A stretch of 64,000 bases of DNA from Octopus sinensis (GCF_006345805.1 NC_042998.1:65534001-65598000), one strand, 5' to 3'; positions 27,200-41,404 are shown, counted from the first letter of the stretch. Program-made: numbers and translations. Notes: a model not told the origin generated them from the sequence alone.

Positions 27200-27410
27200 G
27201 TCTGTTATTTGACTACGGCCATGGAGCACCGCCTTTACTTGAGCAAATCGACTCCAGGACTTATTCTTTGTAAGCCTACTACTTATTCTATCGGTCGCTT
27301 GTGCCGAACCGCTAAGTTTCGAGGACAGAAATACACCAGCATCGGTTGTCAAGCGATGGTGGGGTGACAAAGACAAACACCACACACATATATACGTATG
27401 TATGTATATA

Positions 27411-27463
<53 letters not shown>

Positions 27464-27625
27464 TATATATACATATACACATATGCGATGGACTCCTTTC
27501 AGTTTCCGCCAGCCAAATTCACTCACACGGCTTTGGTCCGCCCTAGGCTATAGTAGAAGACACTTCCCCAAGGTGTCACGCAGTGGGAATGAACCCGAAA
27601 CCATGTGGTTGTTAAGTAAGCTACT
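27200..27625 (-). mobile_element. SINE family A
   Basis: Aligns with 30158-30590 including internal AT microsatellite and 3' ggcggtgctccatggcc tail. Confidence 0.85.
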
Positions 27626-27689
27626 TTTATTCGTTTCATTTGCCATAGAGACAGTACAAGGATGAGTAGCCTTGCTGCCTGGACATTGA

Positions 27690-29280
27690 TGAGGTGTCTG
27701 ATAATAATACAAGATTATAAGGTTGGGAGTGGACAGAAAGCGCCCGCCGACCCTCTGCTTCTCTATAACATTGTTCTTTAAAAACACATATACAGCAGTG
27801 TTGACCCTCTTACAATTTAAAATACAATATATTTGGACTCAGATTCCACACAAATACAAAACATAATTTATACACAAATTAGAGGCCATAAACCTCTATA
27901 ATCCATCACCGAACAATTTTCTTGCGACTTGCATGCATTCATGCAACCGCAATCCGGGGCTCAAAAAATGAATTCTATAATTCTTGTCTTTACAAGAGTT
28001 AATTATAAGGCCAGAGTACTTTCTTTCCAGCTTCAGAGCAACAGCATGCGCAGGCCACTCTGGGCTCTCATTACAAGTCGGATACTCAGGACCCCACCAT
28101 CCTTATTATTTCCCACGAAACTCTCAATAGCCCCTATCCTGAGATAGAAGAACATATATTCTTCACCACTTTCACTGGGAGGGGCCTCAATTACGTCGCT
28201 CGGTGGCACACATCCCACTGAAGAGGTTATCTTCTTCCTCCCTCCGGTAGCACACATCCCACCGAAGGGGTTTCGGGACATGCCATCGCCGGCAATGCCA
28301 CGTTTTTCTTCTTTCTCTTCTTTTTTCCTTCTATGACAGGAGGGTGGAGTTCATTCGACATCTTTGGAAAACCTCCCTCCAGCTTTGTTGCCCATCTTCT
28401 TTCTTTTCTTCCCCTTTCTTGTCGAGCAGGTAACATCCTCGTCGACTTCTTCCATTCGAGGAGCAAGGTACACCCTTTAAATTAACTGTTCCAGGGCCCT
28501 TGCCTGGTCCCGGCAACAGTTCTTTATATGGCCCGATTTCAGGCACAGGTGACACTTGGGGGGGGGGACGTCCCTCAACTCTCATCGGGTATCTGGAACC
28601 AGATCATCGGCTGATTGGTTTTATAAGGTCAAAAATGCTTTCGAACCGACCCAATCAACCGGAGCAATCATTTTGACATTTAAGAGCCAGGCAGGGACGA
28701 CACCAGGCCCCGACGGAGAGTGTCTTCTGTCCACTCGGCCTCTATACCGGGTGGCAACCCACAAACCCAGGCTCTTTCAACTTCCTACCGCTACAAGTAG
28801 AGAGAAACAAAATTTCTTCCCCCTCCAAAGGCATGCTTGCACAATCACGAGCTTCTGCAGGGGTATCAAAAAGTACACACACAGTTGCATACTTCGTATC
28901 CCTGCTGATAAACCTAACAATTTTCAGATAGTCTACTAGCTCCTCATCAATTTCTTCTTGAGAGAAGATATTAATGGTGTCAAGGACCCTGGAATAGGTC
29001 CTTAAAACCACCATTCTCTCCGTATAATTTTTCAACCATTCTTTGGGGGCTACAATTTGCAAATTGCGGATTTCACAGTTGCCATGTTGAAAACCAAAAC
29101 AAAAATAAAAACTTAGAAACAAAAATCAAAGTTTTTGAATGAAAGTCTATAAAGAAATTCAAAAAAAGATCAGAAAGACAGACAGGAGAAGAAAGAGCGA
29201 AGGAAGATAGTCCAAAATGACAACAGGACTCATTTCTGCTACTCTGGTAATCCAAACTGGTAGTCCGTCGTAGCACAAAA
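27690..29280 (-). mobile_element. Tx1/L1-like LINE remnant: ORF1 with zinc knuckle, apparently internally deleted
   Basis: 126-aa minus ORF 28742-29122 (VVLRTYSRV..VCVLFDTPAEAR); VEGRPP followed by CHLCLKSGHIKNCC (CX2CX4HX4C) at 28513-28554. Confidence 0.6.
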
Positions 29281-30008
29281 ATTATTCCGTCCAAATCTGG
29301 TTGTACTCATACATTTTATGGTAAAAATCCACTTGAAAGGTTACAAACACAGTCATATAAAATTCCAAAATTATTTCGGAGGGACATGCCTCCCAAAATA
29401 AACACAATTCTCACTACGAAGTGAGTATTCTTGCACGGCCACTGGCAAACAAATGTCTAGAACCCAGTGGATACCTCTGTTCAAAAATATGCTTAAATAG
29501 AAACAGCAGAACCCACTAAGCTTCCAAAAAACAAATGCTTTACCTGTGGTCGTATTTCACATGTTCAATTTTTCACGTACAAGGTGGCTACCACCGCGAC
29601 TATGAAAACAACGCGACAACTTACCACACAGCCACTCCCACGAAACAATATTTGACTGAATCCGCCTTACCACACACAGCCACTCATACAAAACAAATTT
29701 TGTCTGAATCTCGTATGTTCTTTTAACAATCACATATGCCATTTAGTAACAGTCGTGGTTCACCTGAAATTATTCAGGTAGATATTCATATATATTTGTA
29801 ATGGCAATAGTTGCCAAAATATATAAAATCTTATATAAATTAACATATTATGGTATGTGTAAAATATTGAAGAACTGATCGAAGTACTAAGTTGAAAAAA
29901 TAGAAATAAATCTAAAAATCCTGTTCTGCTTTGCGTTTAATTGACAAATAAACTTTTGCACTTGACTTTACGAATTTCAACAGTTTACGTTTACGCTTGT
30001 GAACACAT

Positions 30009-30108
<100 letters not shown>

Positions 30109-30157
30109 TTATATGTATATGTGTCTGTGTGGGTGTTTGTGTGTATATGTATATATA

Positions 30158-30590
30158 GGCGCAGGAGTGGCTGTGTGGTAAGTAGCTTGCTTATGAACTA
30201 CATGGTTCCTGGTTCAGTCCCACTGCGTGGCATCTTGGGCAAATGTCTTCTACTATAGCCTCGAGCCGACCAAAGCCTTGTGAGTGGATTTGGTAGACGG
30301 GAACTGAAAGAAGCCTGTCGTATGTATATATATATATATATATAATATATATATATATATATGTATGTATGTGTGTGTTTGTGTGTCTGTGTTTGTTCCC
30401 CTAGCATTGCTTGACAACCGATACTGGTGTGTTTACGTCCCTGTCACTTAGCGGTTCGGCAAAAAGAAACAGATAGAATAAGTACTGGGCTTACAAAGAA
30501 TAAGTCCCGGGGTCGATTTGCTCGACTAAAGGCGGTGCTCCAGCATGGCCGCAGTCAAATGACTGAAACAAGTAAAAGTAAAAGTAAAGT
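30158..30590 (+). mobile_element. Full-length SINE family A
   Basis: tRNA-like head ggcgcaggagtggctgtgtggtaag..ggttcagtccc, cttgggcaaatgtctt core, internal AT run, tail ggcggtgctccagcatggccgcagtc..gaaacaagtaaaag. Confidence 0.9.
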
Positions 30591-30604
30591 AATATATCAC
30601 TTTG

Positions 30605-30830
30605 ATCACTTTGACCGACCAGTCCGTCAGGCGTCCATTTGACACCGCTGGTCACAGCACGCTGTCCACTCCTCTCTGGATCACGCCTTTCTCATCCACA
30701 TGATCCCAATCGTCCTCCTGAAATCGCCACTCCACCGTCGTGGAGGTCTTCCGGGTGGTCTTTTTTCGCTCACGCGGGTACCACTCCACAACTTCATTCT
30801 TTATGTTGTTTGGATTTTTTTCCATTTGTG
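30605..30830 (-). mobile_element. RTE-clade LINE 3' end fragment
   Basis: VVEWYPRERK, then frameshifted PPGRPPRRWSGDFRRTIG..WMRKA, typical of the RTE ORF C-terminus. Confidence 0.7.
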
Positions 30831-30980
30831 TTTTTCGTTTTTCGAAAGAATAGTTCATATTCCATATACTCGTGCTTCCTACATTTTGTTGTACACGTTT
30901 CATGACGTCCTGTGCCCACGTACGTACAGATGTATGTACATATACGTATGTAAAGATGCATATATACATTATTTATATTT

Positions 30981-31039
<59 letters not shown>

Positions 31040-31472
31040 TGCATGTACTTAAATGTATGTAGGTATGTATATATATATGTATATATGTTATATATACATT
31101 TGCGGACTTGACAAAGTGTTAAAATACTGGCAAGAAATGTCTCCCATCGATAGTATAGATATTTCATTCAGTAAAACAAAAACCAGTGATATAATTTTCA
31201 ATGATGAAAAAAACCACCGATGTGTTTCAGTGACTCTAACTAAATCAAACCGTCGTAGGTGACTAATCAATGTGTTTATATATTTCGTAATTCTTTTGCA
31301 CTTTAGACTATTCCTTCATTTTCCTGTGTGAGTTTTTCTGTCTATCCTCAGTCACTCTCTGTTTATGCCTTTCTTGGCCCATATATGTATGTGCGCGCGC
31401 GTGTCTGTATGAATGCATGCATATACATTTGTCTATATATATATATACATATACATATATATATACATATAC

Positions 31473-31503
<31 letters not shown>

Positions 31504-31504
31504 A

Positions 31505-31561
<57 letters not shown>

Positions 31562-34500
31562 ACGTAAGTTGAAGTCATTGGTGCATTAATCTTGGCGAGG
31601 TTAAATATCACCTATGTTCCTGAGTTTGCCGAAACATTAATACATCAGTTATAAATATATTTATTACGACTATATATCAGGGAAATTTCACTGTTATAGC
31701 ATAGTACAAAATCATGATGTATTGCATATATTTATAGATTAAATATTTTGGCGTTGCTGTTCTTCAAACCTAGCATATGCTTCTTTGGTCAACATTACTC
31801 CATACTATAATTAACGAGTTATTATTTAAATGTAAGGATTAAGTTTAGTATTTGCACCTTCTATTATGCTTAGTATTGTAAAATAATTGAAATGGTTACA
31901 TTTTCCGCAGCCTTTAATACAAGATGGCACTCGTACTTTTCTTTGAGTTAATTCGCTGTTCATTAAGAAGTTGGTTATTTCGGTTTCTCAGTTCAAAATT
32001 TATTATATTTATTAGCATGTCTTCTATAGGGAGTGTGTTGACATTATGAACTGTGGAATCTTTCCTTCTTCTCTGTTTACTTCGTGAATGCAGATTAACA
32101 AAGAAAAATGTCCTAAATTCTACAGACATCCTAAATGAGAAGATGAGTAGTAGTGTCCTTGTTTTACCCCATTTTTCTATTTCTATAAAGGTGGCCCTCG
32201 AAGTACCTTCAAGAGAAAAAGAAGAGACCGCTGATTTGTAGGCTACAAGAGATTTTCGCACGGAGTCACTGTATCACTTCTTTGTTGCTGCAGCGTCATA
32301 GAGAATGATCCTGGGTAGTCGATGATCAAACCTCGTATTGGCGTCACTTTTAGCTAGAAATAATTTTCTTCTGATAACAGTTCAATATTCCAGTATTAAT
32401 TCGCTGGTAACTTTAAATTCGTCCCATTGATACTGTGCGTTTTAGTTAGTTAACCTCTTTAAGACAGATTGTAAACTGGCACAATTTGTCGACCAAGATT
32501 TAGTAAAATAAGAAAAAAAATAAGGGTAGAGCATATTTCCGGAAATAATCCGCAGAAGACTTTTCTAACTAAGGTTTTTGCATGACAATTTCGCAGCTAT
32601 GCATGCAGAAATATTATAAAACAATCCAATTATTTCATTCAGATATTCTCATTGTTACTTTTGTCATTTGTTTTCGCTTTCCAGGATAAAGGAAATTAGG
32701 AGGCGGAGGGCAGGAAGGTATCTCCAGATCATAAACACTACCTGAAAAATATGTTTCAGAGTGTAAATCTCTAGTAAACCACGCAAGTTTCATATGGTGG
32801 CATTACATCTGAAGTTGAATTAATTTAGAAATATAAGTTACGGTGGAAATTGAACTCTGAATGCAAACACCTGCAACTTAAAAATCGTGAACTTCTTATA
32901 AACTTTTCGATACACCACTCGTATTATTACCTTTGTAACAAATCTAGAAAATAAAATAAACTCAATATACGACCTTGGCAGGATGTGACTTTAGAGCGCC
33001 GAATATTAGAATAAATGGCTTGCAGTATACTATCCACTCTCTAAGTACAATTTCTCATAGACACCAACTATTATATGTTGGTGTACTGTGAGCATTCGTA
33101 ATACAAACTCCTGTCGAATGATATTTTAATTAAGCTCTTTTGCGGCATAAAAATGTGTCATATCTTATTAAAACTTCCGTTTTTCGTTAGTGAAACGTTA
33201 AAAATAAGTCAGCTGTGCATGTTCACAAAAATTGTTTAGAGTAATCTAATAAATGCTCTTAAAATACAATATTTTGAATATATTTTCATATAAATGTCAT
33301 TTAAATCCTTTACGGAGAATTTATTATATTTTCAAATGATAGCGATTTGAATTATGTCTAAAACCATTATATTCTATGCAAAACTATTTTTATCTAAAAT
33401 ATTTCAAAAGAAACAGACTCTGTATTATTCGTTGTTTAATGTGCTACTAATTCTTTCATTCACAAAATCTGTTAGAAAATGAGTTTTCTGTTTTGACATA
33501 TCAATTACCACAATGGCTTCATTCATTTTGCCTCAAGTAGATGCTTTAAACATGTTGCAAAAACGGATTTACGCTACATGACAAAGTCAAAGTTTCACAG
33601 GTTATTGATGCTCTAGAAATTTGGCAAATTTACGTCAAATAATATGCCTTAGAAAGTTAAGGGTAGCTCATAACGTTGGAAGGCTTTCATTTCATATCCC
33701 ACAAATAAACGTATTCCAAGCAGGAGGACCAGTGTTAAAAGAATATATGATGATAAAAGGAACAAAGTTTCGCAACAACAGAATTTTTAGCATAGTTATT
33801 GTGTCAAAACATTGCAATTGTTTCCTATAAAGAATATGAAGGCATAGCTATAATCAAAAATTACTAAAATGTCGATAATTAGTATCACAAATTCAAGAAC
33901 AAATGAAGATTTAAACTTCATGAATCAAAAGTTTAAAGAAGCATTTTGTCATGACAGAGGAGTTAGGAAAACCGACAGACAGGAAACACATGGGAGTGCA
34001 TGAATTTGTTAAATCATAATCTAATAACTAAAGCTGGATAAATTATATTCTCCAAATATATAATTTCATCTTCCATAGGTGAGCCCAGTGACTACTCATA
34101 ATTTGATAGTATTTTCAGGTGCAGTCCGTTATTCTTCTTAAGCTCGGGATCCAGTTTTAGTTACCTATGGCAGCTTAGTTTTCAAAATTCTTATTACTGA
34201 CCTTTATACCAGAAATATTTTCTGCAGATCCTTCTAGTAAAATTAACTGTTTGGATTTCCTAATTTAAGTTTGAAATTTCGCAAATGAGCATGTACTTTT
34301 GGAGGAGTGCAAATAAACTGTACTGATATCTTTATATATTATCTTGCAAACCTACAAGGAGTTCTAGAATTAATTACCGTTAAAAGAAAGTTCTGTTTCT
34401 TGTACGTAATGTCGAATAATATAGCGTCTAAACGATCATTAAAAGTTAACAGTTATAAATAAATAAGACACTGACACATGCATTATTAATACATGACTTT

Positions 34501-36579
34501 ATTACCAAACGCCTAGGATGAAACGTTTAAAATATTACGGAAATATTTATGGAATATCTAAGAAAATTATAAGCACTCCCTCAGTATCAGTAGAAAAAGT
34601 TGTTCTGCCTAACTTCCAAATAATTCAATAATGAATGTAACTTGAGATTTTTCTATAAATTATAATACGTAAAGACTTGATATGAAATGTATCAGTTATG
34701 GCGGTATAGTTTTGTATGGGATTCGTTACTATCTGAATATATTCAATAATCAAACGTATCAGATGGGTAATATATGATGTTTTGCACTTTAAAGACATCA
34801 AATGTTGTTTGGTTACCTTTACGTTAATATCATACTAAACTATGAGAAGTGTCAGAAGAATGTATAATAATGGATGGAACAAATATCAACAACAATAACT
34901 ATAACATTTATACCCACATATAAACAAATACCTAAGCGGCATATAGGCGTTTGTTCATGCTGTTTATCAAACACGTCATGCTTAACTAGAAAGGCACCAC
35001 TGTATCTGAAATACTAGCGTAAATGCTTTTATACAAATCCTTTTAAACTACTAGTATTCTGTATTGTTCTGACCTGTCAATAAATTAAGTTAATGAATCC
35101 ATGATGGTTTACAAATGTTCTACACAAGATATGATTTATGTGGTTATGTACTTATTTGAATAATAAAAGGCCTTAAACATGATGGAATTACTCACTAAGA
35201 AAGTTGCCATAAGACGCACATTGATTCATCAGAAATATCAGAATGAATTTTCTATTAAAAAGCCTACTTTTAAGTTATTTTAAGTTATTTTAAGGCTACT
35301 TTAAAGTTAGTTTAAGGCTACGTAAAGCAGAAAAGAATTTGTAAGATATGTATTCAGAAACGATTATGTACGTTTAAACAATTGTTTTTTTTTTATTTGC
35401 CTACAATTCTGTACGTGGACATAAATTATTTGTAATTGTCCTTATGAAACTTGAATTAAATAGGAGCATGTCTCAGTATATAAGAAACAATTTAAGAACA
35501 AATTAGATGTCCACAATGCAATGAGGATATAAGCTTTGAAATAGACCAAGCAAGAGAATATTAATCATATTCATAAATTCAAATCATAGCCTCAAATCGT
35601 AAATATATATACCATGTAACTTCAGAGATAATATCCTGCAGTATGAAAAACAGAGCAACATAAAAATATGTAACTTAACAAAAGAGAATAACAGAACTTT
35701 TAATATCAGCTGCATGAGATCAAAGGCTATCTCACACGCAGAGATATGGATATACGTACAAAAACGTAGAGAAGTAAATTAATTACGGAGGAAGTTAATG
35801 CTAGCTGCACACAAAGAAACCCACATTATGAAGTCATGTCACATCTCATTACCTCTTTTGATGCCACGCCATTATGTAATTCAAAAGGAGTACGGTCGGT
35901 ACTTTAGACAAAATAGCGACAAATCTACAGGATAAAATAACATATTTCAATTAACCTGAACGTGACAACAATAGAGTTACATATTCTGATATATTATTCG
36001 TTAGACTGAGGAAGATATTAAAGCAGATATATATGATAAAATTGGCAATGGTAGAATAAAAAAGGAAGAGCAGAAGCAACATGATATATATTACAAGAGA
36101 CAAATTGATATGCTATCAGACAACAAACGCATCTTCAGTCGGACGATGTAAATCATGAACACATTAACAAGTCTCTACGGTTATTGCATCTGGTAGATTA
36201 AATAGCTAAATATGAAAGTTTATCGCATAAAAAGCCTATTTTTGTTATTGGAATGATTCCTGTCATAAATTTGTTACATCATATTAAGATAATCCTGAGG
36301 TTACCTAGTGATGCCTTGCCACAGAAATGAACGAGTCATCATATTTATGCTAATAAAGAAAACACCGCATGAGGGCCAGGGCAGATTTAAAAGAACAAGC
36401 GAATATTGGTGGGTAGACTTAAGTTTTGTCATCTCGTTTATCGAGATCATTCCACGTTTTAACTGGATCCAATTTGTAGCAACTCACTCGGTTCTTTGTC
36501 CAACCTCAGTATAGCTTTCTACATTGCTGTAACATTCAAATGTACTGCCTCGTCTTCAATGAAAAGAATGAAATATTCT

Positions 36580-36730
36580 TTATGTATTTATATTTATCTG
36601 GAATCCGTCTTTGCGACTATGGCTGTTCATGTCTTTGCCATATCTTGAGAAGCTTTTTTCATCATAAGAGGTAGACTGGAAGGCCTTAGAAGTCTTCATT
36701 CTTGAGCTTGTTAAACAGAGTAATATAACA
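36580..36730 (-). CDS. Candidate terminal coding exon of an unidentified host gene
   Basis: Acceptor tgtttctttttttag, then open frame VILLCLTSSRMKTSKAFQSTSYDEKSFSRYGKDMNSHSRKDGFQININT*; no homolog recognised. Confidence 0.3.
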
Positions 36731-38164
36731 CTAAAAAAAGAAACAGTAATACTTATACAGAGAACGATGAATTATATCAGATAGAAATGGTTGGAATGTA
36801 TTTCTTAGGTCTACTCATTTAAATCCATTTTTAATAAATGAAAGTTTATTTAAAACACCAGTTCGAATTATGAGCAGGATGGAAAGTACACGCACCATTA
36901 AATATCAGGATTGGTGTAGCTTCTTTTCAAGTTAGGTGACACTTCTGTTAACCTTATTTCTACACTGAAATATTTTCGAGATATCACATAAAGATACTTG
37001 ATAGTTATATCAATAAAGATATTATTTTTTTTATTTTGAATAATATAATGTAGCAGAAATGTATTATAGACCTTATTTATTTTTCTTCTCTCTTACATCT
37101 CTCTATTGTTGAATCAAAAAGAGATTTCAGGGTTATAGTATACAGGTTATCAGTCTGTAAGATCTGTATTTCTTAATCTTCATGATGTTAGTAATATATG
37201 TAAAGAAAGAAAATTAGAATTTCAGAAAATAAGATGCTGCATTTCTATATACTATCGAAGTAATATGATTGCTAAACATGATTTTTTAAAAAAACATATG
37301 ATATATTCTTTCTAAAACACAAATAATTCGAGAGAAAAAATTGGCTACTTTACAAGATAACTATTTTTTGCTAAGATTTCCTGAGGGATATTACAAAAAT
37401 ATTCTGTTTCTTTATTTGCAATATACCTTTGAAGTATATTATATTCTGTAAAAATTTTATATTCGATTTCTTAATACTTGGGGGATTTTGCAATTTACTG
37501 AAATAGATGTTAGTCTTTGAAATAGTCTACTAGAAATATATTTGCTATATGTAAACATATTTATAAAAATGTATATAGTAAGTATAACAGTTGCATGTAT
37601 ATATCTATGCGTGTGTATGTTTGTGTGCGTGTTAGTAATAATGTATGTGTGCACACATGCACATAAAAACACACTCACACATGCACATAAAAATACACTC
37701 ACACATACACACCCTCGAAAACGAATAGACACACCCACGCACAAACCCAATGACAGAAGTACAGTTTTCTGTTGTTCGTAAACACAAATTTTCGTATTTA
37801 TCTAAATATAAAACTGAATAGGTACTCCATAGTTGACAATAATTACGATTCCAGTTGTTTGATCAAATAAAATACCTAATCATTAGCGTATTGTAAGTCA
37901 TTGAGTTTTCAAGCCACATTCTAAAGCTAATCGACACAACACACAGAATCAATGTTCAGTGACACTTTTGCCCCTTCTACTTGCATGTAAAATACTTTAA
38001 AAAAATGTCTGTTAGCAAGAGATTTTTGTAAAAGAAACGCTATGACGTTCCCTTGCAAGCTTGAATCTCGGATATCCTGTTTGCCAAAAGAGATATTTCC
38101 CCCATCCTCAAGTATGTAGATATAGGCATATATGCGGGAACATGACCTCGTATGTATATATGCT

Positions 38165-38222
<58 letters not shown>

Positions 38223-39471
38223 ATGTATAAATCACATGCATTTACACAATTCTCAACCGATTTTCACGAAACTTTACACACACCATTACTTATGTTCCAG
38301 GAATTCTCATGCTCTATGTCATTTTACCAAGAGCTCCCTCGTAGAACCTAAGTGTAATGTAGTTTCTTCGATATTTTTTTATCTTTTTGTAAGTGTAAAA
38401 CGATTTTGTCGACTGTACACCTGCCACGGTGAAGAAATTGATTAAGAACTCTGTACGCGACAAATATCCAAGACCAAACAATCTCAACCTCCATATTTAA
38501 ACTGCATTAAACTTTGGCAAGCTTGCCGTTACCTATTCTGAGTTACATCACTCTCTTCTATGTGTTGATACCTTGTGTACCTGCCAATCTCTTACTTTTC
38601 ACTTTAAGGAAGCCTATTTACCTCTGAATTATGTTTCTACTGTTGTCAATTGTTTCAAATAAGTTTTAGCATTGCCATTTTAGCATTGCCATTTTTAAAC
38701 AATCTCATTTGATTCATTCCAACGAAACAGCATTTGAATAAGAGTTTTGTTTCCACAAGCAAAAGATATACGTATCTTTCAGAAAGCTGCATGCAAATTT
38801 CACTTTATGCTGCATTCGATATTAGTTTATACACAGGCTATGTGGGAAGAGAGAATAAAGGGATTTTTATTAGCTTATCTCTCCCCCAAAATACTGTTGA
38901 TAAAAATAAACTCGGAGAGGGAAATTTTCAACGTCAACCTTCAATTTTCGTACAGCATTTATGTGGGTATTTCTGGCAAGAAAATTCGCTTTCATGTAAA
39001 ACTATTTTATAATCATTACCGTAATCTACTCCCAAAAGACGTCACTATCTCTACGTTGCATCGGTGGCAAACTTATATGTTCTATGATCATGAAAGTGCA
39101 ACCAGCCGGCTTAAATTTGATTTTCCGTTCGTAGGTAAATAGGAATCATGGATTGCTGTGCTACACATAAACTTTCCCGATAGTTCAATTATTTGGTGAA
39201 AAACATACACCAAAACAACTTAAACCATCCATAGGACAAATGTTTATAAATATATAAGCCATGATTACAACCATTTCTAATATACACTCCTGACAGTTCT
39301 ACCATCTAGAGTAGCAAACAGGGAATTACACGTCAGCAAAATTTACAGCGTGAGCAATAACTAATAGTAGTCATAGACGAATCGATGCGGTTGCCTGGAA
39401 TATAAATGAGAGTCGCCACGTTATCAACTCGAGTAGTATATCCCACACGCAACACATACATACACAAGCTA

Positions 39472-39515
<44 letters not shown>

Positions 39516-39560
39516 TATATATATATATATATGTATATGTGTATATATATGCATATATAC

Positions 39561-39612
<52 letters not shown>

Positions 39613-39728
39613 GTATATATATATATATATATAAACATAGTAAAAAGGGTAATAAAAATAAATTATTATTACCAGCGACATAGCACAAAAGACGAATTAG
39701 TCATTAGACTATACGACTATTAGACTAT

Positions 39729-39783
<55 letters not shown>

Positions 39784-39789
39784 ACTATT

Positions 39790-39820
<31 letters not shown>

Positions 39821-41045
39821 TAGACTATTATTAGACTATTATATATATATATATATATATAATATATATATATATGCACATATGTACGTATATATGTATA
39901 TAACATGATGATAAACGACGAGTACAAATTAAATTTTGCTTCAGGCTTCTATGAATTTGGATTACCACAAGAATATCTCCCTTAAATTCTCTTTAAAGGC
40001 AGAAACTTTAGACAGTGTACCAGAAGTAAAATATTAAATTCATTGAATATTTTAAATTTCAAAATATAAATACATAATGATAATCATATCTGACCCATTC
40101 ATATGAGCATAATAATGCAATCTTAAGTAGAGTGAGACGTTCAATAATTATTCGCTGAAAATAAAATGTTCCAGGGAATCCACATATATACTTTCATCGG
40201 GCAGATTATTCGAAATTCCTGTTCTGTCACCTCCACCAATCTGGATAATAAGAACTGGCAAACAATTTGAAACCGTTTGTGTACAAAAGTGAAGATATCT
40301 CAAGCATACCAAACAAGTAAATCACAATAATATTAGAGTATCTTTAAACAAAGGAGTGTTTAAGTATCATTACATTAGCAAAAACATAAATAAACGACAA
40401 GTAAAATATGCCTGGAAAGTGAAAGAGTGAAATGCCTAATACCTCATATGATGATATGATATCGATAATGCTTGAGTAAAATCACATTTTCTACAGCAGG
40501 AATTATATATCATGCCTAAATCAATGAAATGTTTTAGTATTAAATCACTTTAAACTTTTTGTTCACTAGGCGTTTGCAGGTAGATAAATTAATCCTGTCG
40601 AATTGGAAAATCTGATTATTATACGATCTACCAACACTCAGTCCAGATTCCATCTGAGCACACACTTAGGTCATTGCAACATTTTGTTAACTAAATATGT
40701 ATTATATAATCTAAATTGTAATTTAATATTAGTAAAATACATATGTGTATGTGTGTGCGTGCGTGATGGTTTATGTGTTTGTATGTATATTTGTATGTAC
40801 ATATGTATGTATATATATATATATATTAGTCAATTTAGGGTAGCAAAAAATTCAATAGAAATTTATCGCTACCAGCGGCCTAGTGGAAAAGAGAAAATAG
40901 TCAAAGACTAAATATATAAATATAACAATTTAGGAGTGAACTTAACAGGCCATTCGTCCACCAGAAAGAGCAGCCATAACTCACACCGCCAAGTAGTAGT
41001 AATTCAGAAATTAGGTGAAAATTTTAAAACATTTACCCTAATTCA

Positions 41046-41147
41046 TCTTTTAGACGATGCATCGTTTCTGTGTTATTAATGATTAAATTAGCTTAATTAA
41101 ATTAAATTTAGCCAATCTACCATAGGTCACACTTCATCAGTAAAAAA
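41046..41147 (-). ncRNA. Type I hammerhead ribozyme fold (left arm)
   Basis: Exact reverse complement of 41303-41404. Confidence 0.6.
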
Positions 41148-41302
41148 CCTGGGAGAGACAAATATACACGAGGCGTCTGTATCGATGCCTCCTATATTTA
41201 CTGCTGATAAGTTTGGCGCGAATACGTCGGTCTTGAAAACTTTAAGACAGATATTCCGGAGGCATCGATACAGACGCCTCGTGTATATTTGTCCCTCCCA
41301 GG

Positions 41303-41404
41303 TTTTTTACTGATGAAGTGTGACCTATGGTAGATTGGCTAAATTTAATTTAATTAAGCTAATTTAATCATTAATAACACAGAAACGATGCATCGTCTAA
41401 AAGA
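41303..41404 (+). ncRNA. Type I hammerhead ribozyme fold (right arm)
   Basis: tttttta-CTGATGA(41310-16)-65-nt stem II domain-GAAA(41382-85)-CGATGCATCG-TC-taaaaga; GUC triplet 41395-97; stem I tttttta/taaaaga. Confidence 0.6.

Noticed and set aside
29615-29705. Two short ttaccac(ac)acagccactc repeats
   Set aside because: Match the reverse complement of SINE A heads; too short to call a distinct element
30158-30230. tRNA-like sequences at SINE heads (also 54095, 59580, 56043)
   Set aside because: They continue into SINE bodies and lack a complete cloverleaf, so they are not tRNA genes
31914-32261. 115-aa minus ORF
   Set aside because: TTG/GTG-type start, no recognisable domain
38734-39142. 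Two overlapping plus-strand ORFs (92 and 131 aa)
   Set aside because: No motif, composition typical of AT-rich noncoding DNA, no convincing splice sites
39700-39850. Repeated agactatt units separated by AT runs (CRISPR-like spacing)
   Set aside because: Spacers are simple AT microsatellite; this is slippage-derived, with no cas genes and a eukaryotic context
40180-40270. Possible 63-nt minus-strand exon (VLIIQIGGGDRTGISNNLPDE)
   Set aside because: Weak donor (gtatat) and no supporting homology
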